A stretch of 64,000 nucleotides of DNA from Hamiltosporidium tvaerminnensis FI-OER-3-3 (Eukaryota; Fungi; Microsporidia), in NCBI GenBank assembly GCA_022605425.2, contig CM061250.1, positions 1,054,001 to 1,118,000 of the forward strand, written 5' to 3'. Within the stretch, counting starts at the first letter, position 1; each line of letters starts with the position of its first letter. Under the pieces are notes generated by a model that was given only the letters and a program-made list of their open reading frames with translations, ran no database searches and had not been told where the DNA came from. The position numbers and the translations under genes were made by a program. Below are positions 38,993-50,630 of this stretch, in pieces.

Positions 38993-39735
38993 AAAAGGAG
39001 GTGGAGGGAGGATAACCACATAAAAAACTTTCTGCTTGGCAATGAGTGTGTGAAACTGGTGTGAGATCATTGTTTGGATTTTTGGTGGGAATACAACCAC
39101 ACTACATCTTCGGTTGTTCCATGGGAGTTGTTATGAGGAGGAGAGGTCTAAGAAATGGTGAAACTTTTTCTACGAATTTATTTGTAGTTTTTTATGTAAC
39201 CAGATTGCAGACCGCAGCTGAACATGTAGGTAATTGCCATGTAAAAGCATGGAAACCTAGCCTTGCTCACTCGGGTTAGAAGACTTAGCGCCTGGGAGAT
39301 ATAAAAATAAAACCCATTAAAAGCCGGGAGAGCTAAGTAGCAGGTTATACCTGTTGGTATGACATTGCACTGTCTAGGTGGACCCCATGTAAATCTCTGA
39401 AATATATCTTAGCTAGAAGTTTATTGGGTTCAGAAAGTGTAGAGTAAGTGGGAATGCTGCATAGTCTTGGGGGAGCCCAGGGGGGGGGGGGCTTCGGCCT
39501 TCGATCACACTCCATGCAACGGACATTAACGAACTCCGGGCAACTGCCTCGCCTATTAATTAGGTTCTACACACCTGGTAGATGAAAGGCTTTGGGACGT
39601 AGGTATCGCAGGGGTTACCGATGGAGTGTTGGGGTAGCAGTTATTTATGTTAAACCTAGAACTGCGTTAATGTCATGAAAACAAATATAACACTTGCCAC
39701 TATTGTAAAAAGATGTGATATTTTTAAATAAAGTG
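38993..39735 (+). repeat. Most complete copy of a GC-richer ~740-bp dispersed non-coding element
   Basis: Sharp GC rise relative to flanks, no credible ORF, and partial homologs at 23.5, 25.2, 35.8, 48.4 and 58.2 kb. Confidence 0.8.
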
Positions 39736-40023
39736 ATTATGTAAAAGGTAGAGTTAAGAGCACATTAAAACTTCAAGATCTTTAAAAAATAAATGGTTAA
39801 AAAATGTGAATAACGGCTACTAAATATCAATACTTTGATTTTTCAAGGCGAAAAATATAAAAATAGAATAAATCAATATTCACATGGAATAATAAACCAA
39901 CAAGACTATATAAAATAAATTTAATCAATAAACACAAAATGAAAAGGTGTAAATATAGTTTACAATATTAAATTGTAAAAATAAGTGAAATAAATAAAGA
40001 AACATAAACTTTTATTTATGTTT

Positions 40024-40854
40024 CTAAACGTTGAAATAAACCTTAATGGTACCGAAATCATTTTCGACAAAATTTTTCACTGCATCATGAACAGCTAGAA
40101 GAAACTCGGATTTTTTAAATCCCATTTTAGCATTACCATCACAATATAGACCACTGGAAACCACAGTGTAAATAATATGACTGCATTGTTGCTCAATTGC
40201 GACCTTAAGACAATTTCCGTACGCCTTTGTCAATACTTCAGTGACTTCAGACAAATTTTTACATTGATGTAAATTCCCAACCAATTTAGCTTGTGGGCCG
40301 ATAACATGAAGAATAATACCTCCTTCAAATTGCGAATAAGCCGCAAGACCTAGGTTTTTGGTGTCTTTTATCTGTCCTTCAGTATATTCAGTTTTTCCAT
40401 ACCATCTTTCATTGCCATCTGACGCATCTATACCCTTTTTATCCAATACCCACGATGTAATACCTTTATTTAACCCACCATATCCGGGAGATAATTCCGT
40501 ATTTGCTGCATTTACAACAGCTAATTTGGTTACATTTTCTCCAGAAAGTCCCATATCTTCATAAGTAACACCGGAATCAAATTTGAATTTCAAAATTTTT
40601 ATATTTTGTTTTTCTTGTAGGTATTCGATAAAAATTTCTTCCATTTTACTACAAACCTTCGCATCATCGTACTTAGTACCATTTCCATCATCATTCGACT
40701 GCTTTGTAGTACTAGCTTCTGTGCCAAAAAAACTCATCAAAATATATCCTATCAATATGACACCACCTCCAATCAGAAGAGCAAAAAGAAAAGTTTTAAT
40801 AATCTTGAATTTATTTTTACTCGCCGAAATTTTTTCTTCCGTATGTTTTGTCAT
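40024..40854 (-). CDS. Membrane-anchored macrodomain (MacroD-type) protein (copy 4; most canonical motifs)
   Basis: TM FLFALLIGGGVILIGYILMSFF; AVVNAANTELSPGYGGLNKGI; HVIGP; LTKAYGNCLKVA; VVSSGLYC. Close paralog of copy 3; GGG directly precedes the ATG. Confidence 0.9.
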   Translation of the reverse strand: MTKHTEEKISASKNKFKIIKTFLFALLIGGGVILIGYILMSFFGTEASTTKQSNDDGNGTKYDDAKVCSKMEEIFIEYLQEKQNIKILKFKFDSGVTYEDMGLSGENVTKLAVVNAANTELSPGYGGLNKGITSWVLDKKGIDASDGNERWYGKTEYTEGQIKDTKNLGLAAYSQFEGGIILHVIGPQAKLVGNLHQCKNLSEVTEVLTKAYGNCLKVAIEQQCSHIIYTVVSSGLYCDGNAKMGFKKSEFLLAVHDAVKNFVENDFGTIKVYFNV

Positions 40855-41290
40855 CCCATAACAGATTTTTTTTACATTTATGAATTTACCTAATTAGAAA
40901 AGCATCAAAAAAACATATTTAAATGGTTGATATGCCGAAAAGGAGCTTCAAAAAGTAAATTAATTGGTAAATTTTTATAGAACAACTTCATATTCATTTA
41001 AATACAATATAGAGACATATCTAATACCACAATCAGCAATAATTTATTCCATTTATAATGTAAATATAAATATTCAGAAGATTTCAAATTTAATTTATCA
41101 TCGAACTTTTATGTTATATGAACGAAAAATGTAGTTTAGCACTCAATTGCATAACCACAATGTCTTTTTCTTAAATTAAATTCTTTTTCTGAATATTTTT
41201 TTTAAAAAAATGATTCAATATTCATAATATTGAAATTTAATTTGAAAATTTTTCTATATTTGATTTATTAGAAAATAAAACAGAAAAAAA

Positions 41291-44200
41291 TTTTTATTTA
41301 ATAAAATTCTGGGTTAAATATTTTTTACCATTTTTATATGTTTTCTTCTACCTCTTTAACCACTATTGTCTCTTCTTCCAAATCCGACTCTCATTTATGT
41401 TATTGGTCGGTTCCTCTAAGTGGTTCCTCTTGTGAAATAAGGGGTGTATTATTTTTTGGTTTTAAATTTTAACACCATCTTCCCTTGCTTCTTTTAAAGG
41501 GGGTTTGGTTTCTGTCTCTGATCTCTAATAACACCCATTGACGCCCCCGCCCTCGGCATTTGGTCCGACTAGTCCCTTCGTCGATCAAGGAAATAGTTTC
41601 GACTGTTTTTTAGTACTATAGACTGAATGTATGCTTCTACATTCTGGGTATTTTAGTCTTTTAGATGAGATTTATGGTATTTTGTCATACCGTCCCAGGT
41701 CATCCTAGGGATTATTCACACTACACTTTAAATAAGGCCCAACTCATTGGCTAGCAGGTCTACTCTTGTTTTTGTTTCACTATTTGAAGTGAATCTTGGG
41801 AGTGATTCCTACTTCATGAGTGTTTCTTTTTTCTTCTTATCTAAAATAAATATGTCCGGTCTGTTTTCGAATTTTAACATCAGTTTTAATTCTGGTGTCC
41901 ACCTTATCTCTGCATACTCTTTCGAATTTTTGACTGAGTGGCTCCTTATTCGTTTTGAAGACTTAAACTTTATCTATTTAGAAGGAGAAGGTGTAGGCAT
42001 CTAACCACTTATTTGCGTCTAGTGTAATCATGGCCTAGCTTTTTTGCATCTAGTTGTAGATGATCCCAGTCTTCCAGACTTCCCGCATGTTGACACACCA
42101 TCTGCTCCCCAGAATACATTTCTATCCTGGATATAGCAGAACACAGCTTCATTTCGTGGCCTAATATTTCTCTTAGCCATCTTGAGAGTCACTAACACTA
42201 CAGCTCATTTTGACTTGCCTTATATAACTTTGAATGAGTTTTCGTTTTTTATTTCGTTTATAGTTTTGAGTTGAGCTTTTCTAAACTTTCTTAGTGACTT
42301 CTTCACCAACCTGTACTTTACTTTTAGAAGCCTTTTATTAGTGCAAGTGGGTTTTTTATTATTTCCACCTTGAGGATTGCTGCTCGTCTAGTTGTTTTTT
42401 TCTTTTTCCAGACAATCCAAGAGTTGCAGAAGCATATGTTCGCTTCGCAACTCACACTATGTAGACCTCTTCCAGTTCTGTTCTAGGAAGATACACCGCT
42501 CTTTACATCCTGGGCGGAGATGTATCTTTTTTTACCAACACCGCACGCACTGCCTCATCTAACTTAGAGAAGTCAGCCGGTTCAGTCGAAGTACTCCTTG
42601 TGGTAGTTGATTACGATATCGCATGTTGATTGATTGCAGAAAATAATTTTTGCATTTAATCTACTGTGAGTCTTTCACTCTTGATATAAGTTTGTCTGTC
42701 TTTTCAATGAGCTACGTGTTGGGATTCCTCTGCTATCTTCTATTATTCCTAAATATTTGTAAACACTAACACCTTCTAGAGAGTGCAGTATCTTCAACAC
42801 GTATCATTTGTGGCTGACTTCTCTTTGTTAATCTCTAAGCCAATCACCTCTAAAATTCCTTTGCCTGCCTGTCATAGCACTCAATGTGGAGCTGTCTTTT
42901 GCAGGAGCTTAAGATCATCAATAAACAAGAGATGATTAGTAGAATGGGATTCTGCATCTGTTTGTCTGTTTTTGTGTTTTTTCATTAGCTTTCGGCTTAA
43001 TGGATCCATCACACAATAACAAGGTGACAGACTATCTCCTTGTGATCCCTCTCATCTCTTGCTCTGTTTTTTCAGGCCCTACTGTTATCATTTTCCATTT
43101 TGATATAATTACCTTAATAAATTTGGATCCATCGGTATTGGTTTTATGATTGGTTAATAAGTGTCTATTGATCATAGCTTTTTAACATCTCCTGTTGCCT
43201 TAGTTATTTCCATACCTTTTTTAAGGCTATTGTGGCCTGTCTTTCGCCCCTGCCCTCTTCCGCCCCTAGTTGGTTTCGCAGCACCTCGCCTTTCCCCATT
43301 TGACGACTTTCGTCCACACTTTGTCGTTAACTTTAGAGGTTGGACATACAGTGATTGGCCTGTGTCGGCCTCTTCGTGGATTCCTTTCGGTATCATACGT
43401 GCCCGCGTAAACCAATCGTTGGGTGTTCCTTCTAACATTACTTTACATATCATAAGTTTTGTGAAGAGTTGTGTTTCTTAATGAAAAAATTGTAAATACC
43501 ATCAATCGCGCTTTCCATTAGGGAGCCAATTATGTATTCCAATTCTCAGTGAGGAACGTGGTCGGATGATTATCTGATACAAATGGAATCAAATAATCAT
43601 CGTCGTGACTGTCTCTTTTTGTTCCACATTGTGGCCAAAACTCACTTTCCGGCTAACCACTGCTCGGTTCCCACGCTCGGTACCCGTAAATCGACCTCGG
43701 AAAGCTCAACTCGTCTTTGGATTGCTTCCCCTGCTCGTTTTTTTTCGTAACATTAGCTCTTTCTTACTAAAGCCTCGAAGATCGTTCGCTGCTCGTTTAT
43801 TAACTCTGCTGTTTTTTAGGCTCTTCGTTTCCGAGTGGGGCTTTTCCTGCTTCGGCTTTTCGGGGATCTTTGGAAGTACTAACTTGATTTTACTTTCTGT
43901 GTTCCTTCCAGCGGATCTGGCTTCTCTTTCGTGTTGTCGTCTGCATCCTGCGCGCTTGCTGTATAGCGGCTTCCGTATTGACTCGGTACTGGCTCCTGCA
44001 TATTCCCGACTACTCGATTTATGGATCCGAACTTTACTATCACCAATTATTTGGATGTTTTCTGTTCGCCCCACTTTTCATTTCGTTCTCGGATTTCTTT
44101 GTTTTACTCAGAATTTATTCTCGGTTTATGTACTCCGTGGTGTCGGTCAGGTGTGTTGCGAGACAGTGGCGATTCTCGTCGCTTCCATTTCTTCTGGTTT

Positions 44201-44630
44201 TCATCCTTTCCATCTCACTTTGTGCCAATTTTTTAACACTTCGGTTTCGTGCGCCGAATTTTATTATAGTACCTGTGGCTCTGTCCGCCATTTTTGGCAT
44301 TCTTCAACCTTGTCTGTACTGCAAACAATTCGAGGCCATCCTTCGGGTCGGCTGTTCGGAATCGAATATCGTCCGCTGCCATTGCCTGTTACCTTCCGGA
44401 TGCTGGTCGGGGCTTGTCTGTCGTCGATGGCTCGCACGCGACTTCACCGAAGGGGAACTGGTGCATTGGGGGTGGTGTCGCCACTTTTTGCTTTTACGCT
44501 GTTTGGCTTGGTGGTGGGGTGTTTTGTTGTGTGGGGGTCGCCGTGGGTGCCTTTTGTTCCCTTCCCTTTTTCCCTCTCGTCGTTTGCGCCTTTTTTTGGT
44601 TTTTCTTTTCGCTTTTCTTCTCCCATTTTA
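41291..44630 (-). mobile_element. Decayed non-LTR retrotransposon with RT and C-terminal restriction-like endonuclease (R2/R4/NeSL-type architecture)
   Basis: Minus-strand fragments QGDSLSP..VMDPLSRKL, NHLLFIDDLKLL, VYKYLGIIED, LRSEHMLLQLLDCLEK, CYIQDRNVFWGADGVCQH, RPDIFILDKKK and terminal ESDLEEETIVVKEVEENI*, followed by AATAAA. Many frameshifts. The GC-rich 5' part begins at ATG 44626. Confidence 0.9.
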
Positions 44631-44635
44631 AAAAA

Positions 44636-44850
44636 ACAGAAAAAAATAAAAAATAAAAAATAAAAAATAAAAAATAAAAAATAAAAAATAAAAAATGAAA
44701 ATAAAACAGAAAAAAAGTAAAATTTTGAAAATAAAAAATGAAAATTATGAAAATAAAAAATGAAAATTATAGAAATAAAAATAAAACTGAAAATAAAATA
44801 TGAAAATTATAGAAATAAAAATAAAACTGAAAATAATAAAAGAAAATACA
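44636..44850. repeat. (AAAAAT)n microsatellite and degenerate A-rich repeats
   Basis: About nine near-perfect aaaaat units, then gaaaataaaaaatgaaaattat duplications. Confidence 0.85.
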
Positions 44851-45016
44851 AATATAGAAACTCAGTCTTTAATTCATCATAGATCATTATAAGACTATCA
44901 ACATTACATCCGAGCTCTAACATCATGTAAATCTTAGAAATAATTTCTTCATTAATTTCAATGTTTAGCTTTTCAGAATAATCAAGAAACATTTTCATTT
45001 GTTCTTTGGATGGCAT
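44807..45016 (-). CDS. MZT1: Mitotic-spindle organizing protein 1 (MOZART1)-like
   Basis: Three-helix pattern FLDYSEKLNIEINEEIISKIYMMLELGCNVDSLIMIYDELK resembles L.EIS.LL.TGLD...L.IC..L.E.GVNPEALA.VI.EL. Size fits, and CCC lies upstream of the ATG. Confidence 0.65.
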   Translation of the reverse strand: MPSKEQMKMFLDYSEKLNIEINEEIISKIYMMLELGCNVDSLIMIYDELKTEFLYLYFLLLFSVLFLFL

Positions 45017-45052
45017 TTACAAAAAAAGGGTGCTTTTTTGATTAAAAAATTA

Positions 45053-45125
45053 AGGGTCCACGCGGATTCGAACCACGGACCATTCGATCTGCAATCGAAA
45101 GCTCTAACCACTGAGCTATGAACCC
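45053..45125 (-). tRNA. tRNA-Cys (GCA)
   Basis: Reverse complement GGGTTCATAGCTCAGTGGTTAGAGCTTTCGATTGCAGATCGAATGGTCCGTGGTTCGAATCCGCGTGGACCCT folds as a cloverleaf with anticodon GCA, a GTTCGAATC T-loop and no intron. Confidence 0.96.
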
Positions 45126-45700
45126 TAAACTGGAGTTTGTTAGGTCATATTAACAACTTTTAAATACATAAAATTTTAGGCAAAAAACAATTCTCGGGTA
45201 ATTATCCCAAATGTATTGATAGTTTCATTGTTGAATTAACAAAAATTATAAAATATTTACATTTGTAAAAAAAGCTAAAATTCAAAATTATATTTTGCTG
45301 ATTTTAAGATTTAAAGTTTCAAAAATATGGTAAAAGAATTTAAGAAATCCGCAGCACAAAAAAATCGACGTTAAAAAAGACTGCATTGTCTTAAAGGAAA
45401 ACCAAATTTAAGATTCCATTGCATCAAAGTAACATATTATAATACTAATAACCAATTCAAAAAGATATAATTTGTTAAATATAAAAATTATTAAATGAAA
45501 ATTTTTAAATAAATGATTTTTATATAAAAAACTACAAAAAAAAATTTGGTAAGAAATAAGAAAAATAAAAAAATAGAAACTTAAAGCGCTATTACTGCTA
45601 TAAATAAATATATCCCAAGACAAATTGAATAAAAAATAAATTTTTTGTATTTTTTAAAAAGGAGATATTTTATACAAAGAAAATATTTTTAATAACCCAT

Positions 45701-45783
45701 TTTTTACTTAATAAAATTCTGGGTTAACAAATTTTCTCTCGTTTAACTAATTTTTTCCATCACTTTAACCACTTTATTCTCTT
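45701..45783 (-). mobile_element. 3'-terminal fragment of a related non-LTR element
   Basis: ttaataaaattctgggttaa and ctttaaccact..t..tctctt match 41298..41375 colinearly. Confidence 0.65.
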
Positions 45784-45812
45784 TTTCTTAATAACCCATA
45801 ATTACAATTACA

Positions 45813-46220
45813 ATGAATGATAAAAGTTTAAAAGAAATTTACAATTTTCTAAAAAAGAAAAAAAAAGTTTTGAATAGAGAAGATATTCGTAAATTTTTAA
45901 TATTTTTATTTCCATATAAAGAAAGAGAAATAATATATGAAACGATAAAGAAAGAAACGAAGGACACATATACATATGAAGATTTTAAAGAATTTTGGAT
46001 AAAAAAAATAGAAAAACCCGAAGAAGATGTAATAAACAAAATATTTTATATATTAGATAGAGATTCTGATGGTTATATTTCATATGAAGATTTAAGAATA
46101 AATTTTCTTTATTTGGGATTTTCAGTTGATAAAACAATTCTTACCAAATTGTTTTCTATTTTTCCAACAGAAAAAAAATCGATAAATTTAAGTGAATTCA
46201 GAAATATTATAATGAAATAA
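45813..46220 (+). CDS. EF-hand protein, centrin/calmodulin-like
   Basis: Four-EF-hand layout in 135 aa with one canonical loop (IFYILDRDSDGYISYEDL) and degenerate loops (YTYEDF, INLSEF). CCC upstream. Confidence 0.8.
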   Translation: MNDKSLKEIYNFLKKKKKVLNREDIRKFLIFLFPYKEREIIYETIKKETKDTYTYEDFKEFWIKKIEKPEEDVINKIFYILDRDSDGYISYEDLRINFLYLGFSVDKTILTKLFSIFPTEKKSINLSEFRNIIMK

Positions 46221-48419
46221 TAGTTAATTAATAGAAGAAATCTTTATATTTAAAAAAAAATTAGAAAAAAACTGAATTTAAAAAATAAATTGAATTTAAT
46301 TCATCACAAATAAAAAAGTCACGTTACATATTTCACCATTAAAAAATATATTTTGGAAATAAAAAACAGAAATTTTTTATAGATTTGAAAATGGATTTTC
46401 TAGATTTAATAGTTTTTGAAAGCGAAAAAGTAGTAATAGAGGTGACTTATTGCTAAAAAAAGACTAATTATACTTAACCTAATGTTTATAAACATTTAAG
46501 TATTTATTTTCTATGTTCTTTTCTATATTCTTTCCATCGAATATTCTTTAAATGATATTAATTCTTAAAAAAGAAATAAATTAATGAATTATAAAATAAA
46601 GAGTTTTTCTTATATTTTGACAAATATTTTACCTTAAAACGATCTTTAATTTTATTTATTAAAACATTCCTATTTATCGAGAATTGAATTTAATTAAAAA
46701 CTATTTACTTTAAATTTTTCTTCTTTATGAATTAATTATAGATTGAAACACAAAACTTATAATTTAAAAGATAAGTTAATTTTTCATCTGAAAATATCTG
46801 ATTTTTATTAATATAAAATTCTTATTTGTCATATCTTATGATTTAAAAGATATGTTAATGTTGAATAGATAATATCTATTTTTATTAATAAAAATTCTTA
46901 TTTGCCACATTCAGTTGCAGAGAAAAAAATGTAAAAAAAATTCAGTATCTGATTTAAATGAAAAAAGAATAATTATTTAAGAATTAACTGAAAATAAGGT
47001 TAGAAAATATATTGCAATGAGGGGAAATAAAGAAAAAGGTCGATGAAAAGTTGGAATGAGATTTTTTTTATTGAGGTACAAGATAAGAGATTGGAAAAGG
47101 AATAGTGGCTTTAAAATAATAGTTTAATATATATTTATATTATGATCGATTAGCTTGAACTAAAGAGTAAACTCTTAATTAGAAGAAAAGTAATTCTGAA
47201 TATATAAATCATGTTAAACGCACGTTGCCTTGCTTAACACTTTAATTAAATTAATATATAACATATACTTACACATAACAGCAGAAAAGCTAACAATTCG
47301 TATATTGCTTATGAATCAATCAGATAGAAAATAAAAATATAGTAATAAAGCTATTTATAATATTTTACGATATATAAAGGTTTCGTTCGAAATAATTAAG
47401 AATTAAAATATTACATTACGATGCAAATAATTTTTTTAGTATTATTACATAAATATATTTGATGTGTAAGTCTTGATAGTAAAAGCCTGAAAAAGACTCG
47501 GAAGTCTGGCGACTAACATAAGCATATATTTAGATACAATCAAGATAAGATTTATAGAAGAATTACCTGGTATCATTTAAATAAAAATATTTTAAATCTT
47601 TACACGAAATGTGAGCTATTTTGTTAATTTATTTTCAAATAATTTGTTCAGATAAGAAAAACTAGAATAAGAAAATAGCACCTATATTCAAATTAGGTAG
47701 ATATTCACTAAAATTTAACGAAAATGTTTATCAAATTTGAGATTTTGTAATGTTTTCGCTTCTCTCAACAGCTTTTGAACAGTTTGATGAGACAATAAAG
47801 AAATCAACTTGAATTCAAATAACCTTTGTGTTTTTTTACTTTGCATTAGAATTATTCATATACCAAGAACTGAATTTTTGATCATATAAAAGCATTATAA
47901 TAATATACAAAAAAAATACAGAAGCTATAATAGAAAAAGGCAGTAAAATAAGGTTAAGCGCAACGATAGTCTAAATAATTTTATTAGCCCTGAGTAACGT
48001 TATGAAGACAACAATTGCTTGCAATAAGAGGTAGAAAAAAACCATAGCAATTTTATCCAACGAGAAATAAAAAAGAACGATAAGTTTGTCAATACCCAGG
48101 CAAATAAATACTGCAAAAAGTGATAAGTAAAAAATCAAAGGCTAAAAAAGGCCCTTTTTGGTATAATCGCTAGCGAGAAACATCCTTCAAAGTATAGAAG
48201 GTAAGATAAAGTTATATGTGAGTAGAAAAACTATAGTAAAAAGTAAATTCTCAAAATTAAAAAAAATTTGATTGCTTAGTATTTGTAATTGATATAAGAT
48301 ATCCACAGCAAAAGCTTGATAAATGATAAATATTAGGTGAATTTGATACTAAAAATTAATTTCGATGCTTTTTAGGATGAAGATTACTATGTTTTTGATC
48401 TTCCAATGAAATAAGTATA

Positions 48420-48640
48420 TGAAGAGATAACGTAGGCCATGGTGAAATCTTTACTTCAAACTAGTGTATAGTTTTTGTTATAACTTGATTAAAACGCCTG
48501 CTAACATGTAGAGAATCTTCATTGCACAATAGAAAGCTAGTACGGCTCGCTCGAAACAGAAGACCAATGCCTGTTCTATACGATAATAAGCAATTTTTAG
48601 AAAGCCGGGACGCTAAGTAGCAGTTAAATTCCTTGAAATG
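48420..48640 (+). repeat. Diverged copy of the dispersed element (~39135-39350)
   Basis: atggtgaaa, aacatgtag, gctcgctcg..agaagac and aaagccgggacgctaagtagcag (vs aaagccgggagagctaagtagcag) are colinear. Confidence 0.7.
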
Positions 48641-50630
48641 ATCAAAAGTTTCTAAATGCACCTCTTTAAGTTCTGAGATTTATATAAGCCGTAAGTCTAT
48701 TTCATTCGAAAAATTTAGAAAGATTTGGAAGGTGCTAGTCTTTGTGTGCCTAAAAGTATGTTCATTCAGTAAAACTCCATAAAAAAACGGATATAACATA
48801 TTGAGCAACAGCTTTACTAATATAATGTTTTTTACACACCTGTGGTTGTAAGTTTTGAATGCAGGATCGGTTGTATTATCATAAGATTTTCTAAGCCGTT
48901 ATCCATCTTGAATCCCAAATTGCATTAATATCGTTGATACAATACAACTGCCAAAAAAACATGATATATATTTACTCAAAATGATTTTACTTTTTACTAT
49001 TTAATGGATTTTACATGAACATTTCAATAATAAATTTAATATTTTCTTATCGAGAGGAATAGAATTCGTCTTAGACTTACATATTTAGGCGCCTAGTATA
49101 AGCTAACTATATAACCAGCAAAAATATAGAGTAAATTCATAATTTTTAGAAATATACTTCGAAAGACTTTTTATCGGTTGATATTGAAAGAATTTTCAGG
49201 ATTTTTAGAATATTATTTAAGAATCGGAAAGAAAGACAAACAAATTTCAATTTTTCGAAAATTTTACAAAAATTAATTATTCCAGTATATTTAATAAAAA
49301 AACTTTAAAATAACCCAAATTGTAAGTCTAATTAAAAAAGATAAGATTCGTGTAATTACAACATTAGAACATTATTACCGATTCTAGGCTTACGGCCTTT
49401 AAGATATGATAATATCTTTGTGAAGTCTATATATGATTAAGACAAAATAAAAAATCATCTTTGACAAGAATCATCATCCATGTGTTCCAATAACAAATTT
49501 TCTAAGTTCTACGCAATATAAAATAAAAAAAATTAATAAAACGTATCAAAATTCTAATATTTTCTGCAAAAAATAGATATTTAAAATAATTTTTGTCTAC
49601 TTACAGCAGTTTATATATACCATATATAATTTTTAAAACAATTCAAGCCAAAAGATTGGTATGCAAACAAAATTTAGACTATTAATATTTATCTCACTAA
49701 ACAAATCAATTCAGAAATTTTGGACCAAAAATAAAATCAAAAAAAGTATTTTTTTGAAGAAGAAATTCTTATGTAGGTATTTAGAAATAAATGAAAATCT
49801 TAAAATACGTGTTTCCTTAGAGTATTACTCGAAACATAAAACTATAAAATCATTATATATATTTTAGCACAGTTTTTTATATTTATATGTATATGGAATG
49901 TAAATTATTGTATATTCCATCATTAGAGATAACATGTTTAGATTTATAACAGAATACTTTAAATTGTTAATTCTAAAGGCTAATTAAAACTTAAATAGTA
50001 TATTAATCGTGCCGGAAAAACAAATTAGTTTTAGATTTATAGAAGATAAAATATTCTTAGATAAACATCACAAACTATGAAATATAATTTTTAAGAAAAA
50101 ATGAAAGCTTTCGATTGTACCAAGAAGCTTATAGATGATATGAGAAGACAAAAGCCAAAGTTCCAAGATATGCTGCAATTATATTTGACTCTCATAGCTT
50201 TTTTTTTAAAAAATAGAAAAATTTAAAAAAAAATACAATAAACAACCCAAAAGATATCAGAATTATCGTATAATTAAAAACGTGTCTTGATTGGATTTAT
50301 TATCAAATATTTTCATGTTTTATTAAGAAATTAAATTTCTCAATCATACTAAACGAAAAATTCGGTCTAAACATGTAGATTCGATTGAATGATTTGCAAG
50401 GGAAAATATACTTTATAACAAAAAAAAATTAATATGGAAATATTTTTAGGTTTAATCTCATTCAAATTCTGAACAATAAAATTTAAACTTAGCAATGCAT
50501 AGAAAAAGATAGTTTAAGATTAAAAATAAAAGAATATTTATTTATCTTTTCTTGCAGAAAAAAAGTATAACCCAACAAAAAGAACAGAAACAGCCAATAC
50601 ATTACTAGTAGTATAAAAAAACAAGTCTTT

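Noticed and set aside
39130-39230. RNase P RNA, hammerhead or self-splicing intron within the dispersed element
   Set aside because: The P4-like words are only ~60 nt apart, no CUGAnGA/GAAA core or group II domain V was found, and multicopy decay fits a repeat.
41291-41365. Shared motif as retrotransposon target site or snRNA Sm site
   Set aside because: It translates as the end of the element's ORF (..KEVEENI*) plus 3' UTR, so it is the element's own terminus.
43161-44663. Long plus-strand ORFs (352, 217, 120, 106 aa)
   Set aside because: They are antisense shadows of the GC-rich 5' part of the minus-strand retrotransposon, with non-ATG starts and no protein-like motifs.
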